Source: Laetmonice hystrix
Taxonomy: Eukaryota
Assembly: GCA_965235115.1 (NCBI GenBank)
Contig: OZ249444.1
Span: 6,200,001-6,264,000 of the forward strand
DNA length: 64,000 nucleotides
Direction of reading: 5' to 3'
Shown here: piece after piece, positions 23,961 through 37,195 of the stretch
Numbering within the stretch: the stretch's first letter is position 1
Layout: each line of letters starts with the position of its first letter
Notes under the pieces: generated by a model
What the model was told of the DNA's origin: nothing
What the model saw: the letters and a program-made list of their open reading frames with translations, nothing else
Database searches by the model: none
Translations under genes and position numbers: made by a program

Positions 23961-26900
23961 GGTTCCCTGAGCATTTTCTTGAATAATGTATACAAGCGGC
24001 GAGGGCGCGGTGGCACGGTGCATGTCGGCTCCAAACGTTGGGTGCCATTTTACGTCCAATGTGACCTCTGAGGTCAGCCGGTCCCCACGTCCTGTAACCA
24101 GAGATATGGTCAAATAAAACACGTTTATCCGTTTGGATGTGACACCTGGTCCGTGTGTTTTGTCCTCTGAGGTCGAGAGAGGTCCACATCGCCATGATAT
24201 AGAACCTCCCCGGGAACGGTTGAAAGCCGGCAAGCCCGAGGTGGCCGACAGACCGTTGGATAGACGTTGGATAGACGTTGGAAGAGGAGAAACACGTCAG
24301 GCGGAAATACCCAGAGGTCGTCAGATTTCCTCCGGCAGTCATTGCCGGAGTGCGATAAAAAAGAAATGAAAGGATGGGGATCAATAGTGTGGTTAATGTT
24401 GTAGAAAGAAGTGGATTATGGGGATGGAAGGAAAGCTTCCGCGGCCAGGCGTGTTTTGGATACCAAAGTGGGGGAGGATAGCGATGGACCATCTGGTTTG
24501 GTCACCAAGTGGTGGTGGAGATGGCTGGACCCTCTGATTGGGTTATCCACGCGCATGTACGTTCGCTTCACCATCTGTTTCGGTTACCCATGGACCGGTG
24601 GCATTACTGTAATTGGGCCAGGGGTTATCAAAGTGAATACCGCGTGGGTAAATTGTAGTGGCGGGTCCATTGGCGTTTCTTTGGTTTTACTGGGGGGGGG
24701 GGGATTATTCAAAATGATGTGAGCCGACCGACCTTTGCTTCCGGAATAATCAGGAAGTGGTTTGTAGCTGTTTTCGGGAATGGCAGCGTGATGTGTATGA
24801 AAAGATTCTGACTGAGATGCCAGTGTAAAGATAACACGCCAACAGGCACTGTTTATCCAACTACACAGGTAAACACGCAGCAATATTACATTAGGAACGC
24901 TAGCCTCACTCAGCCCTGTTGCCATGGAGTCCGTCGTCAGGGTAGAGCTCAGCGCAGGCGTCGGGAGAACCAGGACCAGCCAATGAGAGCTCGCCTTACA
25001 AACATGGCGCGTGGAAGTGACCGGCAGCGGGGTTGGATTCCCTGCATTATCTCCATGTTAGTAGGGAGAAAAAAAGCGGAATGCAGGACGCCAGGTTTTG
25101 ATTAGTCTCCAGCCATGCCAGGCAGTGATAGGTAGGCTGGGATGTGTCTGGTGCATGAAATGCCAGAGTTCATCGTCCGTCCTCTCATGGTTTGACAGGC
25201 AGTAGTCAGTCAATGGAAACCGTACATTAAAGACTTGCTTCAACCTCTGATGAGCATGTCTCGTCCAGAGATTGCCACTGTACTGTGTGGTTATTAGATC
25301 AAACAGCAGACAGCGAACCTGAGTCGACATTGCCACATTATGTGAACGTTAAAATGGGCATGTCTGTATTAGCACCTCAAGGTATGGACGTTGCGAGATG
25401 TATTGTATGTTTTATCCCCAAAAAGTCGTGTCCGATTCTATGTTGCCTCAAGCGCAGGTTCATGTCACGTTACTGGAAAATACTGATATATCAGCAAGGC
25501 AGAGATTTATCCATCTGGCATTGAGTCGTGTAGGGACAGGAACCTTCACCAAAGTTGGCTTGTGAAAGGGTACCAGATGGGTGGTCATGGTCTGACTGGT
25601 AGTTTGCATGTTGGTGGGCATAGCAGTGACATGTCGTGTCGGGATCACGGCAGGAGTAGATCAACCCACAGCTACTGGAGGAGGATCTCGTGACAGGGAT
25701 TCCTGGCCTGATTCCCCATCGATCCCGAGCAGGAGTCCTCTAGTCCTCTAGTGTCTGTCAATACAAACCTGGCCCGACCCATGGGGCCATGGCGTGATGG
25801 GATCATTGGGGGGGGGGGGGGGGGGGGGGGTAGTTCGCTTCTCATATAGGCAGGGGAAGTATCTGGTCCCCACACCCACACCCACACCCACACCCACAGG
25901 TTCAGGATAGATTCCGGTACTACCTTCCCTCATGGACAGGTTCAGATTGCCAGGGATCAATGAGTAAAGTCAAGTCCCAGTGACTCCCCTCCCCAAGGTT
26001 AGAGTATTAGGATTCGGCTGGTTGAGAGTAGTTTCTCCCGGTGGAGTATGGCAGGAGTAGTTGCTGGTGATTCTCGACAATCTCCATCGATTTAGATTTA
26101 GAGACGTCGTAGTATGTATGTGACATGTGATACGATAATAAGAAAATTTCTGGAATAAACGCTGATTTTCCATCATAATCAAAAAAATTCATATTCGTTA
26201 TAAGGACAACTGGATCTGCTCAAGCTGAATGGTGATTGGGATTTCCAAGCAATACCAGGTTCACACCAAGGCAGTGGTGGCAGTTTGGGTTGGAACTTTG
26301 AGTTTAGATTTGGTGGTTCCCTGAATCTGGGAGTTGCCTGGTCAACTGAGCGTGACTGCGTTATGATCGGGCCCCATACACCTGGCAGCTACAAGATATC
26401 ACGCAACCGTCAGGGTTGTGGAGAGGGCCGCTGTGGGGAGATTGCAGATTAATAATGTAGCTGTTCTTTCACCACGCCTCACCAGTGGGGAGCAATCTAA
26501 AAAAAACGCACATCAAAAAAAAAAACCAAAGGAGGTCGCGTAGTAACTTGGTCCCGTGGTTTGTAATGCGGTTTTTTTATTGATTACATGCAGGTCCCGA
26601 GAGAGACCCATGGAGGTTCGTAGACTGCAGGTGTCGGACGATTTATCACTTACTGCAACTTGAAGCTCATCGTTGTTCTTCAGGATTAAGTGGCTTAAAA
26701 CAGATTTGAGCCGTTGGGAGCAACTACCTAGTTAGATTATTGGAAAGTTAGCAAATCGGGCCAGCTTTAAAGTGGTGGCCGCTCAGTGGGTGGGCGGACG
26801 ATACAAGGGCTCACTGATAGTATTAGAACTCCCCAAATCAGGTTTGAATAAGGATATTCTCCAATTTTCCCTCTTCCCTCGGATTGCAGAGCGATTCCCG

Positions 26901-29900
26901 AGAGGGGGATTTCCTATAATCTTATTGCTCTATATCCTCCCACACGCCGTCCATATAACACTATAGAGGGGCAGGAGGATGGTAACAGTTGGGCTTACAC
27001 AGTCAACAGACATTTCAGCAGTCAGAAGAAAATATATTGGCCAACAATTGCGCCCCTGGCAGTACAGCGTTTCTATTCTCTCATTGGCACGAGTGGGATG
27101 GGAGTGCGGGGGGGGGGGGGGGTTAAATAATATCGGATACGATTGTCTTCATGTTTGACAGAATAACTTGACTCCTTCCGAAGCAATCTAATTTACCACA
27201 TTCATCAACTACAGACTGTGATTCTAATCTAGATGCAATCATTTAGTTTTGCCTGAAGACATTCAGGCGACTTAAGGACCATCATGTAAAGGAGATGGTT
27301 TTCTTTAATACACCAACGCTATCTCGTGACGAGAACTTGTGATTAATAGGTAACAGGAACCTTCCGTGGCAGCGGGCATTGACTCCCGACAAAATCCTGC
27401 GTGTATTTATTATAATATGGCAAGTGCATTTATTAAATTTGAACAACTAGGATTTTATAATCTGATTTTGCAATAAGGGAAGACCAAGTTTGGAAGTGGT
27501 CAGTAGTAGCGGTTAGTATACTTGTCCGGCGTATTGACAGACCCAGGTACGGGCATGACAGATAAACGTGTTACTGACAAGTTGTCATCCGTAACGGTGA
27601 CAGTACTGGGAACGTTATGTGCAGGATTACTGCTGCACTAACCGGGGAAAAATACAGTCCTACATCCTGACATTTTATGGTTCGGAGGAAGGAAGCTTTG
27701 ATCATGAGTGGGCAATGCAGGACATTGTTTGGATAGGAACCCGATCGACCCCCACCCCAGCCCACTGCTAACCTGACGACGTTCTTATTTGGCCCTCAGA
27801 AGATGGAGACCCGACCAGGCAGAAATAAAGCCGGTTTTTTCTACGTAATGGAAGAGTAGTAATTGTATTGGAAGGCAGCGGAATGTAGTGTGCACTGAAC
27901 CGTAACGGTCTGCATGTTAACCCTTGCATTCCGGAAGTCGCACTTAAGTGCCTTCCGCAGGCCATATATCATATATTGTGACACCCTAACTCATTCAGTC
28001 AAGTAGCTGTAGCTTTCGGCCAAGCCGTTGAAAAGCGATTGCTGGATAGCGGAATTCGGGAAATATAAATACTTGCAAGTCTTTTCAATCTGCCCTGTGG
28101 AACATTGCGTGGTAAAGGAAATACTTGGTTAAAATTGGGTGAAAATCATGTTTCTTTGGATGGACAGGGACGGTTCTGCGGGGTATTATTTGCTAGGTGG
28201 ATTGTGTAGCGATTCCTAGAACAGGGATTAGGTAGGGGTACGGGGGGAATTCTGCTTGCTTCGCTGACCAGAGGAGCATTGAGGTTGGGAGCGACTGTTT
28301 GGGTACACTCGCTGGTCTGTCGGTCAAAGCAGATAGAGGTTCTCGTAGCCAGTGATCGCCCGGCGTTCAGCCCTGGGTATATAGGGGTTCACTGCAGCAA
28401 CCCCTGCGGCCGGGTCGAGAGACTGGTTCCAATGTCAACCCCCTCGGGTCAGGTCTCCACGACCTCCGCCTGACACCAGTCTCCCTCCTTTCATGTTGTC
28501 TGAAGAACACACTTCAAACAGATCGTGTCCAGGTTAACCCTTTCCCTCTGGCCGGTCTCAGGGTGGCAGAGGACCAGATGGACGAGATGATATTCGCCAG
28601 CTGACGCCTGTGGCACAGGGCCTTTACAAAGACATTCCACCGCCTGCCACCGGACGAGGTCCTCGGCTTTTGTGGAATCAGTGCCCGTGTCGACTGCCAA
28701 TACCCCAGCCAAGTCCAAGGGAATCGATTGAGGGGAAGATAATGCACCAACAGCTACAATAGTGGTGAGAAACTTATAAGTTTCAGCGCACATTATGAAA
28801 AGGTCTTTCTGGCAACCGTACTGGTTACGCACTCTAAGCGCGTTGATGGTCGCTGGAGCTCTGACCTCCAGGTTTTAAAGTCCTCCGCGCCTTCTGGGGG
28901 AAAGGTTGCATCTTACTTAGTGCAAGGTCGGTGGTTTCCCCTTGGTACTTCGGTTTCCTGGACAAGTCAAGCTCAACATCGCAAATAGACCCTGGCTGAT
29001 TCTGTGACGTCACAGTGCCCTGGCGAGTGGCGCCACCTGGCATAAACAAACCAATATGGGCCCTGGTAGTCTAATGATTGCACACTTATTGTTGAGATGG
29101 ATTGGAATTTGCCCATTGAATCGGATGTGTTGTTATTAATTTGTCTGGGATTAGAATTCAGCTGGCTTTCCTTCTTGTAGTTGGGTGGTCGGAGAAACTA
29201 CAGATAATTATTGTGAATTAACCATCCGGTTCTCCTTCCTCGCTCAGGGCAGGAATCTGAAGGTTATCTTTTGTACTTTATGTATGATTTCTTTATCTTG
29301 GAACGTCTCATTCATCATACAGTTCGTAGATATAAACTTTCCACTTATAAGTGTCAAATCTTTTTAAAACCTAGGAGATATTACATATGGAGCGAAGGGT
29401 CTGGAAGAATTTCCCAGGGCAGACGGCCTTGTGTGTGTCCAAGACCAAGGTTCCCAGACAAGCCAGCCCCCCTGGCAACTAATCTGTCATAGTTAACGAG
29501 TCAAAGAAACCGAGTTGGAAGACTAGGCGACCAGGACAAGAGCAAAATAATTGATTCAGCTTCCTATGCTTGGAGACACGACCAGCTTCAGGGAGGCGAT
29601 GGCTGTTTGTCTAGATGACGCCTAGCCGTCAAGTAGACGGCTAATAAAACATGCATCACTTGTGGAGGCCACTCGTCACCCTAGTGGGATGGAAGTGTAT
29701 TGAACTGCTCAAGTCGGTGCGACTTTACCCTTGCCGACATGACGGCGCAGTTGTAGCCTAAGTATTGGTGAAGGTCAGAAAACATGATCCGTAAGGAGAG
29801 GGAGGGAGGAAGGGAGGGAGGGAGGGCGGGGTGTGTGAAGAGACAGCAGTAAGCCAGCCAACTGTAGACATTGGCAACGGCTGAGATGATGGATTGGCAG

Positions 29901-31425
29901 GGATTATGGATTAGCCCCACAGTGTCCCCGGTAATTGAAGGCCAAGGCCTGCAGATCCCCCAGATCTCTACCGGCCAAGACTCTGCTTGGATGGCTGGCC
30001 CTGATCTTTGCGCACTCCATCGGAAAATTACCAAGCGTTTTTAGACGGTAGAAAAGAAATTTGCACTTGGTTTGACTTTGGAAAGTTGTTGTCGTTGCTG
30101 TTCTCACAGGAGATGACAGAGACTTCTGGCAGTTGTAGCTTTATCTCAGAGGTAATTTGTGGCAATCTGTGAGTTCTTTGTGTCAATGGTTAAGGGAGGG
30201 GAAGGGTCAGACGGCTGGCTTTCCAACAGTATGTTCCCAGAGGCTCGCAGTTACCAGCTGGGGATGGACTGTAACCTGCATTCAGTCAGAATAATATAGT
30301 TAGCAGTTTCCTCACCAGAGGGCAGTAAAGGTCCGTTTTGTCGAACGAGTCAGTCCTGGTGTTGCAGACAGTATTATTCTCAATACTTTCCAAAGTAATT
30401 GTGGTATTCTGGCTCGCCGATTGTGGCCAAGGCAACCTGGAATTCTTAATCTGATGAAGGAAGAATAAAACTAAACGTAAAGAAAGTTTCCCAGTGCAAG
30501 AACGACTTCGAACGAAACCGCCAATCACCCAGGCCCCCGGCCCCTGGTAATCCGCAACCAGCAGCAGGCGGGGATTAGCAGGGTCGGATTAACGTAAGGC
30601 CTTGGGGATTGTTGTTACGGCCGGTGTGAGAATGATCCCGGGAGAATGGTCCGCCGTCAGAGGACCGGAGGTTAATGGGAAGGACGTTCCCAAGGTCAAG
30701 GGCCGCCGACAGCTCTAACTCTGTCAAGACCGGGTGAAGTTTTCAATAATTGTAAAAAATGTACATTATTTATGACAGTGGTCAGCGGACATAAGTCATC
30801 TAGGAGCTTACCAAAGTAATCGTTTTGAAATCCATTAATCATCATTAAGGGCCATATCCTTGATTTTGCTTGCAGAGATATGGCCCAGTCTTGGGTGGGA
30901 ATTGGAAAGTACCACAGGCCTTGGGTTTATTTCCAAGATTTCATTATATTGTCAGCGAAACTTGTTAATCCTGAGAGCTTCCCTCTCCAATCAGAAGTTC
31001 ATGGCATGTGATGACATTTTCGCGGGAGTGACCTTAATTTTGACGGTGACACAATGTTTTTTGTCAAACCGGGCTCCCAATTGCAGTTGAAATGGATATT
31101 TGCTCATTAATGTAGGTTTTCCCTTTTAAATCAGTCTGCGGGCTTGGCGTGTCTTTGTCAAAACATGACACATTTCATCCAGTGTTCAAATTGTCTTTGT
31201 GATGGAATTCAATATTCATCTAACGTAAACTGTGATAATTTTTCGGCAAAGCTTTCACAGCACAGTTGGGCAAATTGGGCAAGCCACATTTAGGTGCAGA
31301 ACCTGGCCAATATTTTGTATTTACCAGACAAGATATGGGATGATTTGCCACACTTAGTGCCACGGTTAACCACACAGAAGAGTTACTGATCCAGAAGGGT
31401 GACGCGCTGGTTAGTGGCCCACTAA

Positions 31426-31664
31426 ATGTTGTGTTTGCCCCCTCCCGTCCTCCCAGCGGCCCGGGTCAGCGGCCCACATGATGAAGCCAGTGGAGTCAGG
31501 AAGAGACGTTGTAAAGTAATCCCCTGTCTACGTCAGTGCAAGACCTGGCCGCCCTGGAGCATCCCAACCCGGAGCAGGAGCCGCCGCCCTATCCCCGTCC
31601 TACAGTATACCTACGTCTGTGACCCACTTTGTGAGCAGAGCTCCTCCAGTAAGTTGGGGTGTAG
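31426..31664 (+). CDS. Candidate exon MLCLPPP...KLGCR (or internal exon from acceptor 31457; alternative donor 31648)
   Basis: Open frame ending TGT AG|gtacgt (phase 2), strong pyrimidine tract before 31457, second donor CCA|gtaagt. Structure is ambiguous. Confidence 0.35.
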
Positions 31665-32731
31665 GTACGTACATACGTACTCCATGGAGTAACCTCGCAG
31701 ATTCATGCCACAACCGAGCTGGTGTTGGAGCACTGTAGCTGGAAAAGGACGACTGAGGTTTGGATTCTGAAGGCGGGAGGTTCTACTGTAATCTTTCACG
31801 TTTGTACGGTAACTGCTGAAGTCAACACTGGGGAGTCTCAAGTGTGTTTAAGTCCCAGGACAGAGAGAGAGAGAGACAGATCAAGTATCTGATATACAGA
31901 ACTGCTAAATTGGAGTGATCATCTGCAGTTTACTTCCACCCTTGTCATTCAGTTTGATTAATACAGAACATATTGTAACTCGCCGCCTCACCGTCCAACT
32001 GAAGAAAAACGGACCAAATATTTCCTTATACATGTAGTCTGATTAATCAGAAGCTGGGTGCCGTTTTTTTCTGACTGCCAGAGTGTCAGGGATGTGAACG
32101 TTGTGTGAAGGATCTGTCCTGCTCAGACAGCACTGTTGACGTGGTACGGTAGGCCTACCATTAGTATCGATGTCTGGAACTTCCAGGTCAGCTGCGTGGG
32201 AGTGGTAATCTGAGTGAGGAGGCAACAGACACACAGACAGACCGGCTGAACGCCCGGGGCCTCTCGACATAAACACCTCTTGACCGAACGCCGTCTTCAC
32301 CCCTAGCAACCAAGACGAGACTCCCTGACAACGACCATGTCGTACCTTTCTGGCACGGTACGGCAGCTTGATTGATTGGGACTGGACCAATCAGCAACGA
32401 TAAACGAGTTTTTGTTTGGACGCAGAGACAGAGCCAGCCGTCAGTCTTCAACTGTTGTAGATATTATGTATAGGGTCTACACGGAGGCTGTGGAGGCTAA
32501 CACGGTGCAGTTTGGTCCACTTCTGATTCCGACCACGGAAACCACAGCTATTTCCTCCCCGGCAAACAGGAGGGGGTTGTTAAGGGTGTAACCCCGGAGA
32601 TGATTCGTTTTTATGTCAGGAAATTGTACAATATCACGTCAGTCTGGGGGTAGATGCATTTGGTAACGGTGGTTTCCAGCCAAGGAGGAAGACAAATTGG
32701 AACCAGTTGAATTAGGTTTGCAGTGACACGC

Positions 32732-32903
32732 TGACGTCATCTGACGTCACACGTATCAGCGGTTGATTTCCAGTCGCTTGTCATCAGACATCATTGCCGG
32801 ATCATTGGGGACCGCCAACTGAGACAGTTTGACATGTTTACGAGGTGCTCTTCATCAACCACGGACTCCGTCTGGGTCAATCAGACTTGCCGCTAGAGGG
32901 CGC
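32732..32903. promoter_or_regulatory. Two CRE palindromes plus a CTCF-like motif upstream of candidate exon 33841
   Basis: TGACGTCA at 32732 and 32742; CCGCTAGAGGGCGC at 32890. Motif match only. Confidence 0.45.
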
Positions 32904-33840
32904 TAAATCTGGGACGTAACGTCACGCGGACGCTACGTCAATGGCGTCCTCATTGTTGGCTATCCATCTTTCCTAGAAGCTGCACGCCCACCATCCAGCC
33001 ATCAGCTAACTAGTCTGAAACGAACCTGCTTGCTCTGCTCCCGGCTAGGTTTATTTTTAAGGTGCCAAAAACATCCATTACCGACAACTGATGATAAAGT
33101 CAACCCTTGGACGCGTCGAGGGAAATCACGTCCTGAACTCGCGCCACCGAGCAACTCCACGGGGCGGTCAGATTTTGGAAAAGACCAGATGATTCCTCAT
33201 CAGCAGATGGACTGGCCAACTAGACTTTATCGTCCAATAAATCAGAGACGTATGGCGACAGGGCCAAGAAGGATTCCTAATGAATTGATGTCTGTCGCGG
33301 GAGAAAAAAAAAGCTTGATTTAATGCGGTTCTCTATGCTGAGGTGCATCTGATAATGCTATAATGAAGGTTGTGATTCCGTCGGCGTAGTCTTGGAATGA
33401 AGGGATGTGACGGTACATGTTGCGAGGCAACAGCCACATAAGTCTCAAATAAATCTCTGACCAAAAATATAACGAAGGAAAATAGAAGACAGCTGTAGTA
33501 GCTTGAGTGCAAATGATATCATCACAATAGTGATTGGCCCGTGGTTATTCTATATCCTGGAATTCTATGGACCAACGATTCGTACGATTCGGAGGAGGAC
33601 GAATCATTGGGAGCAGTGAGGAGGACAGACAGCGACGTCTTGTCGTCTTGAGTCTGTCTTTAGATCCTGTCAGTAATTATCTCTGGCGGGTGGTTTATCT
33701 CATTAACTAATTAATCAGCCAGTACTAATTCTGTGGACGCTCTTGGTGGCCGCCAGCAGTTTTGGAGCGCGGATTGCGAAGTGTAGTTAGTTCGTCCCAG
33801 CCACAGTGAGGCACAGTCACCCAGGACCAAGGACACGACC

Positions 33841-33956
33841 ATGATGAAGGGCAAGGCGGGTCAGGATGCCCAGGTGGGTTCAATGGGCACCTGGCTCCGT
33901 ATCAAATACCTGAGGAACCTAAGGAAGTCCTCCAGCAAGCAGGATGTCAACACCAG
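33841..33956 (+). CDS. Candidate alternative exon MMKGKAGQDAQVGSMGTWLRIKYLRNLRKSSSKQDVNTR
   Basis: accATG, donor ACC AG|gtaagg in phase 2, giving ...NTR-DPRK similar to the DLG junction TR-EPRK. The frame is also open back to an acceptor at 33800. Confidence 0.65.
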
Positions 33957-35104
33957 GTAAGGGTTATACACTGGAGTAGGCCTCAAAACTCAACCCTGAA
34001 CGAATATCACCCATTCCAGTTGAGGGTCTAGGTACCCCCAACAAACTGAACCCTCTTGTGTCCAGTACTTAGACAATCCCTCCCTTCAGCCTGCATAGAA
34101 CTAGAATAAGAAGTCTCAGAAATCTTGCTGACAATCCTTGTTTTCCAACGTGTAGAGTGGCACGCACGCACGAGGAACACTCAGAGGTCAATGACAAAGG
34201 TTCATAGAATGTACCCGGCTATATGAAGGTCATGTTTGAAACCAAGATAAAGATGAAATAGCAGAGTCCCATTAACAACACTCTTTCACCATGTGTGTAT
34301 TTGCATGATGGAAAAATTGGTAAAAGTTACCATTACCATCACTCGGGGGAGGGGAGGTCAGAAAGAAAGGGGAGATTGGCTCAGAGGAAGAAAACAGAGG
34401 CTCGTACTCAGCAGTTCAGGCGAGAGAAAATATAGACCGGGGTCGGTATTGCGACATGACGAATTGGAAGAGAGTGAGAGACTAGCGACAGACAGAGAGC
34501 ATAGAGGAATATTCCTAAGAGAGACACAGTCAGACTGAACGGAATAGCAATAAACATAAAATCTCCTCTCATAATTAGCAAGGGTAATTGGCTTGTCATT
34601 ATCTCCTGATTGTCCGGTCGGACTTAAGTTGTTGATTGCCACTGGCTATTAGCGGGGGGCTGCTAACTGTTGACATATAAATACATGTACATGTAGACTA
34701 AATGTCAAGTACTTTACCACCTGTCATGCTATCTGTGTACGCCAGCAGGGGGCACTCACTGTCCGACTGTGATTGCAGCGGGAGCCTCACCGGCTCGGGG
34801 ATCTTCATCGTGTTCAACAACTAGTACAAGCCTTCCAAATCAACCGAGCACTGATAGAAGACTAAACTAATCATTGACAGCTAAATCAACCTAGCACTGG
34901 TAGAAGACTTAACTAATCATTGACAGCTAAATCAACCTAGCACTTATAGAAGACTAAACTAATCAGTGCCTGCTAAAGATGACGACTGTTGGCAGTCGAC
35001 TTTAGAAACTCAAGCATGTATGAAAAAGAGGAGAAGTATATAGGCCTCTTCTTTGACGTTTCTTTCCTTTTGGATAGTACTTCTGCATTCCGGTATTGTG
35101 AAGG

Positions 35105-35131
35105 TGACGTCATCGTTACGTCATGACGTCA
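35105..35131. promoter_or_regulatory. Triple CRE/ATF cluster
   Basis: TGACGTCA-tcg-TTACGTCA-TGACGTCA within 27 bp. Motif match only. Confidence 0.45.
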
Positions 35132-35799
35132 CACCCAGAAGTTTGAATCGTCACTTCTGATGACTTAATGTGTCCTGGTCAGCCACTAGGTTGTTACTGA
35201 CCCAGTTATTGCCAGTCGGCAGGACGGAGGCTGATTTTGTTATCAGATTACCACGGTATCTGTTTGAATAGAAGAGGTAATAGGGAGCCATGGTATCCGC
35301 CAGGACCTATTACTGTATGCAACAAATTCCGAGCGTCTACTGTTCATTGCTGGTGCCTCTCGAATGTTTGGCTGTCAATATAATAATGAGGTCCACCATA
35401 ATATTTGTCAATGTCAATGGTACAGTTTATATTAATGATAACTTGATATTAGTCTGGAATTAATGTCATTTAAAGATAGTTTTGAGCATTTTTCATCTAG
35501 GATGTTTCTGTGTGAATAATGTAGGAAATCCTGGGTTAAAAATGAGAGCTCTCACGAGCTGCCTGTCTGGCTCGCTTGTTTATTTCTGGGTCCTTTGTTC
35601 AGAAAATCCCACCTAAGGCTGAACATGTACGCGACTTTCTAATACAAAAACTATGTGGGATCTAGTAGCAGAGAATGAACGTGTTCCTGTCATACGGTTC
35701 CCGCTGGGAAATCTATCCAACTTAACTCGCTCCGTATTGTAATCCACACTGAGGGATTTAGTGGGAGAGACCGGCTGGGACGGCTTTGGAGGCAGTGGT

Positions 35800-36260
35800 G
35801 GGGGTTAGGTGGGTAATGATGGGGGTTGGGTGGGTGATGATGGGGATTGGGAAGGTGGTGATGGGGTTGGGTGGGTGGTGATGGGGGTTAGGTGGGTAAT
35901 GATGGGGGTTGGGAAGGTGGTGATGGGGATTGGGTGGGTGGTGATGGGGGTTGGGTAGGTGGTGATGGGGTTGGGTGGGTGGTGATGGGGTGGGTAATGA
36001 TGGGGGTTGGGTGGTTGGTGATGGGGGTTGGGTGGTTGGTGATGGGGTGGGTGATGATTGGGGTTGGGTGGTTAGTGATGGGGTGGGTAATGATGGGGGT
36101 TGGGTGGTTGGTGATGGGGGTTGGGTGGTTGGTGATGGGGTGGGTGATGATTGGGGTTGGGTGGTTAGTGATGGGGTGGGTAATGATGGGGGTTGGGTGG
36201 TTGGTGATGGGGGTTGGGTGGTTAGTGATGGGGTGGGTGATGATTGGGGTTGGGTGGATA
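35800..36260. repeat. G-rich degenerate minisatellite (21-bp and higher-order units), G-quadruplex-prone
   Basis: gatgggggttgggtggttggt variants. Confidence 0.9.
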
Positions 36261-37008
36261 GTGATTTGGTGATACTTGTAGAGAGACCAGGGGACATGAG
36301 CCTGATGACGACATTCACCACATTCCTAACGAGCGTAGCCACCCCGTGGTTGTCATAGCGACCTCCTTCCATGGCGCGAGGTTGTTGGTCGAGGAGAGCC
36401 GGGGTGGATTGGATCATGTCATGTAGGACAGGCTCATCATGTCGGCCCACGTTATCTACGATTGTAATAGACCTGTCATGTACAGATCAGGCCGATCGCG
36501 GGCCTAGTAATGCTCTATACAGCCCCGCCCTGTTGGTGTCCGACAGGGTCGGGTGTGCAGGCCACAAAACGGTACATTCCATTAGAAGCCAGCGCCGGGG
36601 TCGGAAGGTCACACGTAGGATTAAATTGCTGTCAACCCACAACTTGACCCCCATAAATACACCCCTTGTACGTATACAAGACACCAACTATCCATACCCA
36701 GGCACCCAAACCAAGGTGTATGGTACTCGAGCCCACTTGGATAAACCTGGTTGGGTTTACCATAGTCTGTCAAATAGTCATCTTTGTTTTCAGGTTGCTA
36801 AGAGAGGCTCGCAGCTATTGGAGTTGGTGACGATACATCGGAACCTCGTCTTGACATCATTTATAGCATAGTTTCACCTCAGAAATAGGTCAAGGCAATT
36901 GTTGGATAAACGCCAATGGTATTGTCCCTTTTGACCCACATTGATGATCCGAGATGCTATATATAAGACATTGTCCAATAGTGAGAGTTTGCATTGTTGT
37001 ACTTGCAG

Positions 37009-37165
37009 AGACCCACGGAAGATTCTGCTAAAGAAAGGCACCACCGGGCTGGGCTTCAACATCGTGGGCGGGGAGGATGGGGAGGGAATCTTCATCTCGT
37101 TCATCCTGGCTGGAGGACCCGCCGACTTGAGCGGGGAACTCCACCGCGGCGACCAGCTCCTGTCG
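37009..37165 (+). CDS. dlg1: dlg exon, PDZ3 N-half (R)[52 protein letters not shown]
   Basis: Acceptor ttgcag|A, donor TCG|gtaagt, 157 nt, phase 2 to 0, PDZ GLGF motif. Confidence 0.96.
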
Positions 37166-37195
37166 GTAAGTCTGGCCTCGTTACGCTCCTGTTTG

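Noticed and set aside
28279-28900. Several 60-113 aa ORFs on both strands
   Set aside because: No recognisable domain or consistent splice structure.
30110-30151. 42-nt AG...GT segment EMTETSGSCSFISE
   Set aside because: Open only in phase 0, with no confident phase-0 partner exons in this interval.
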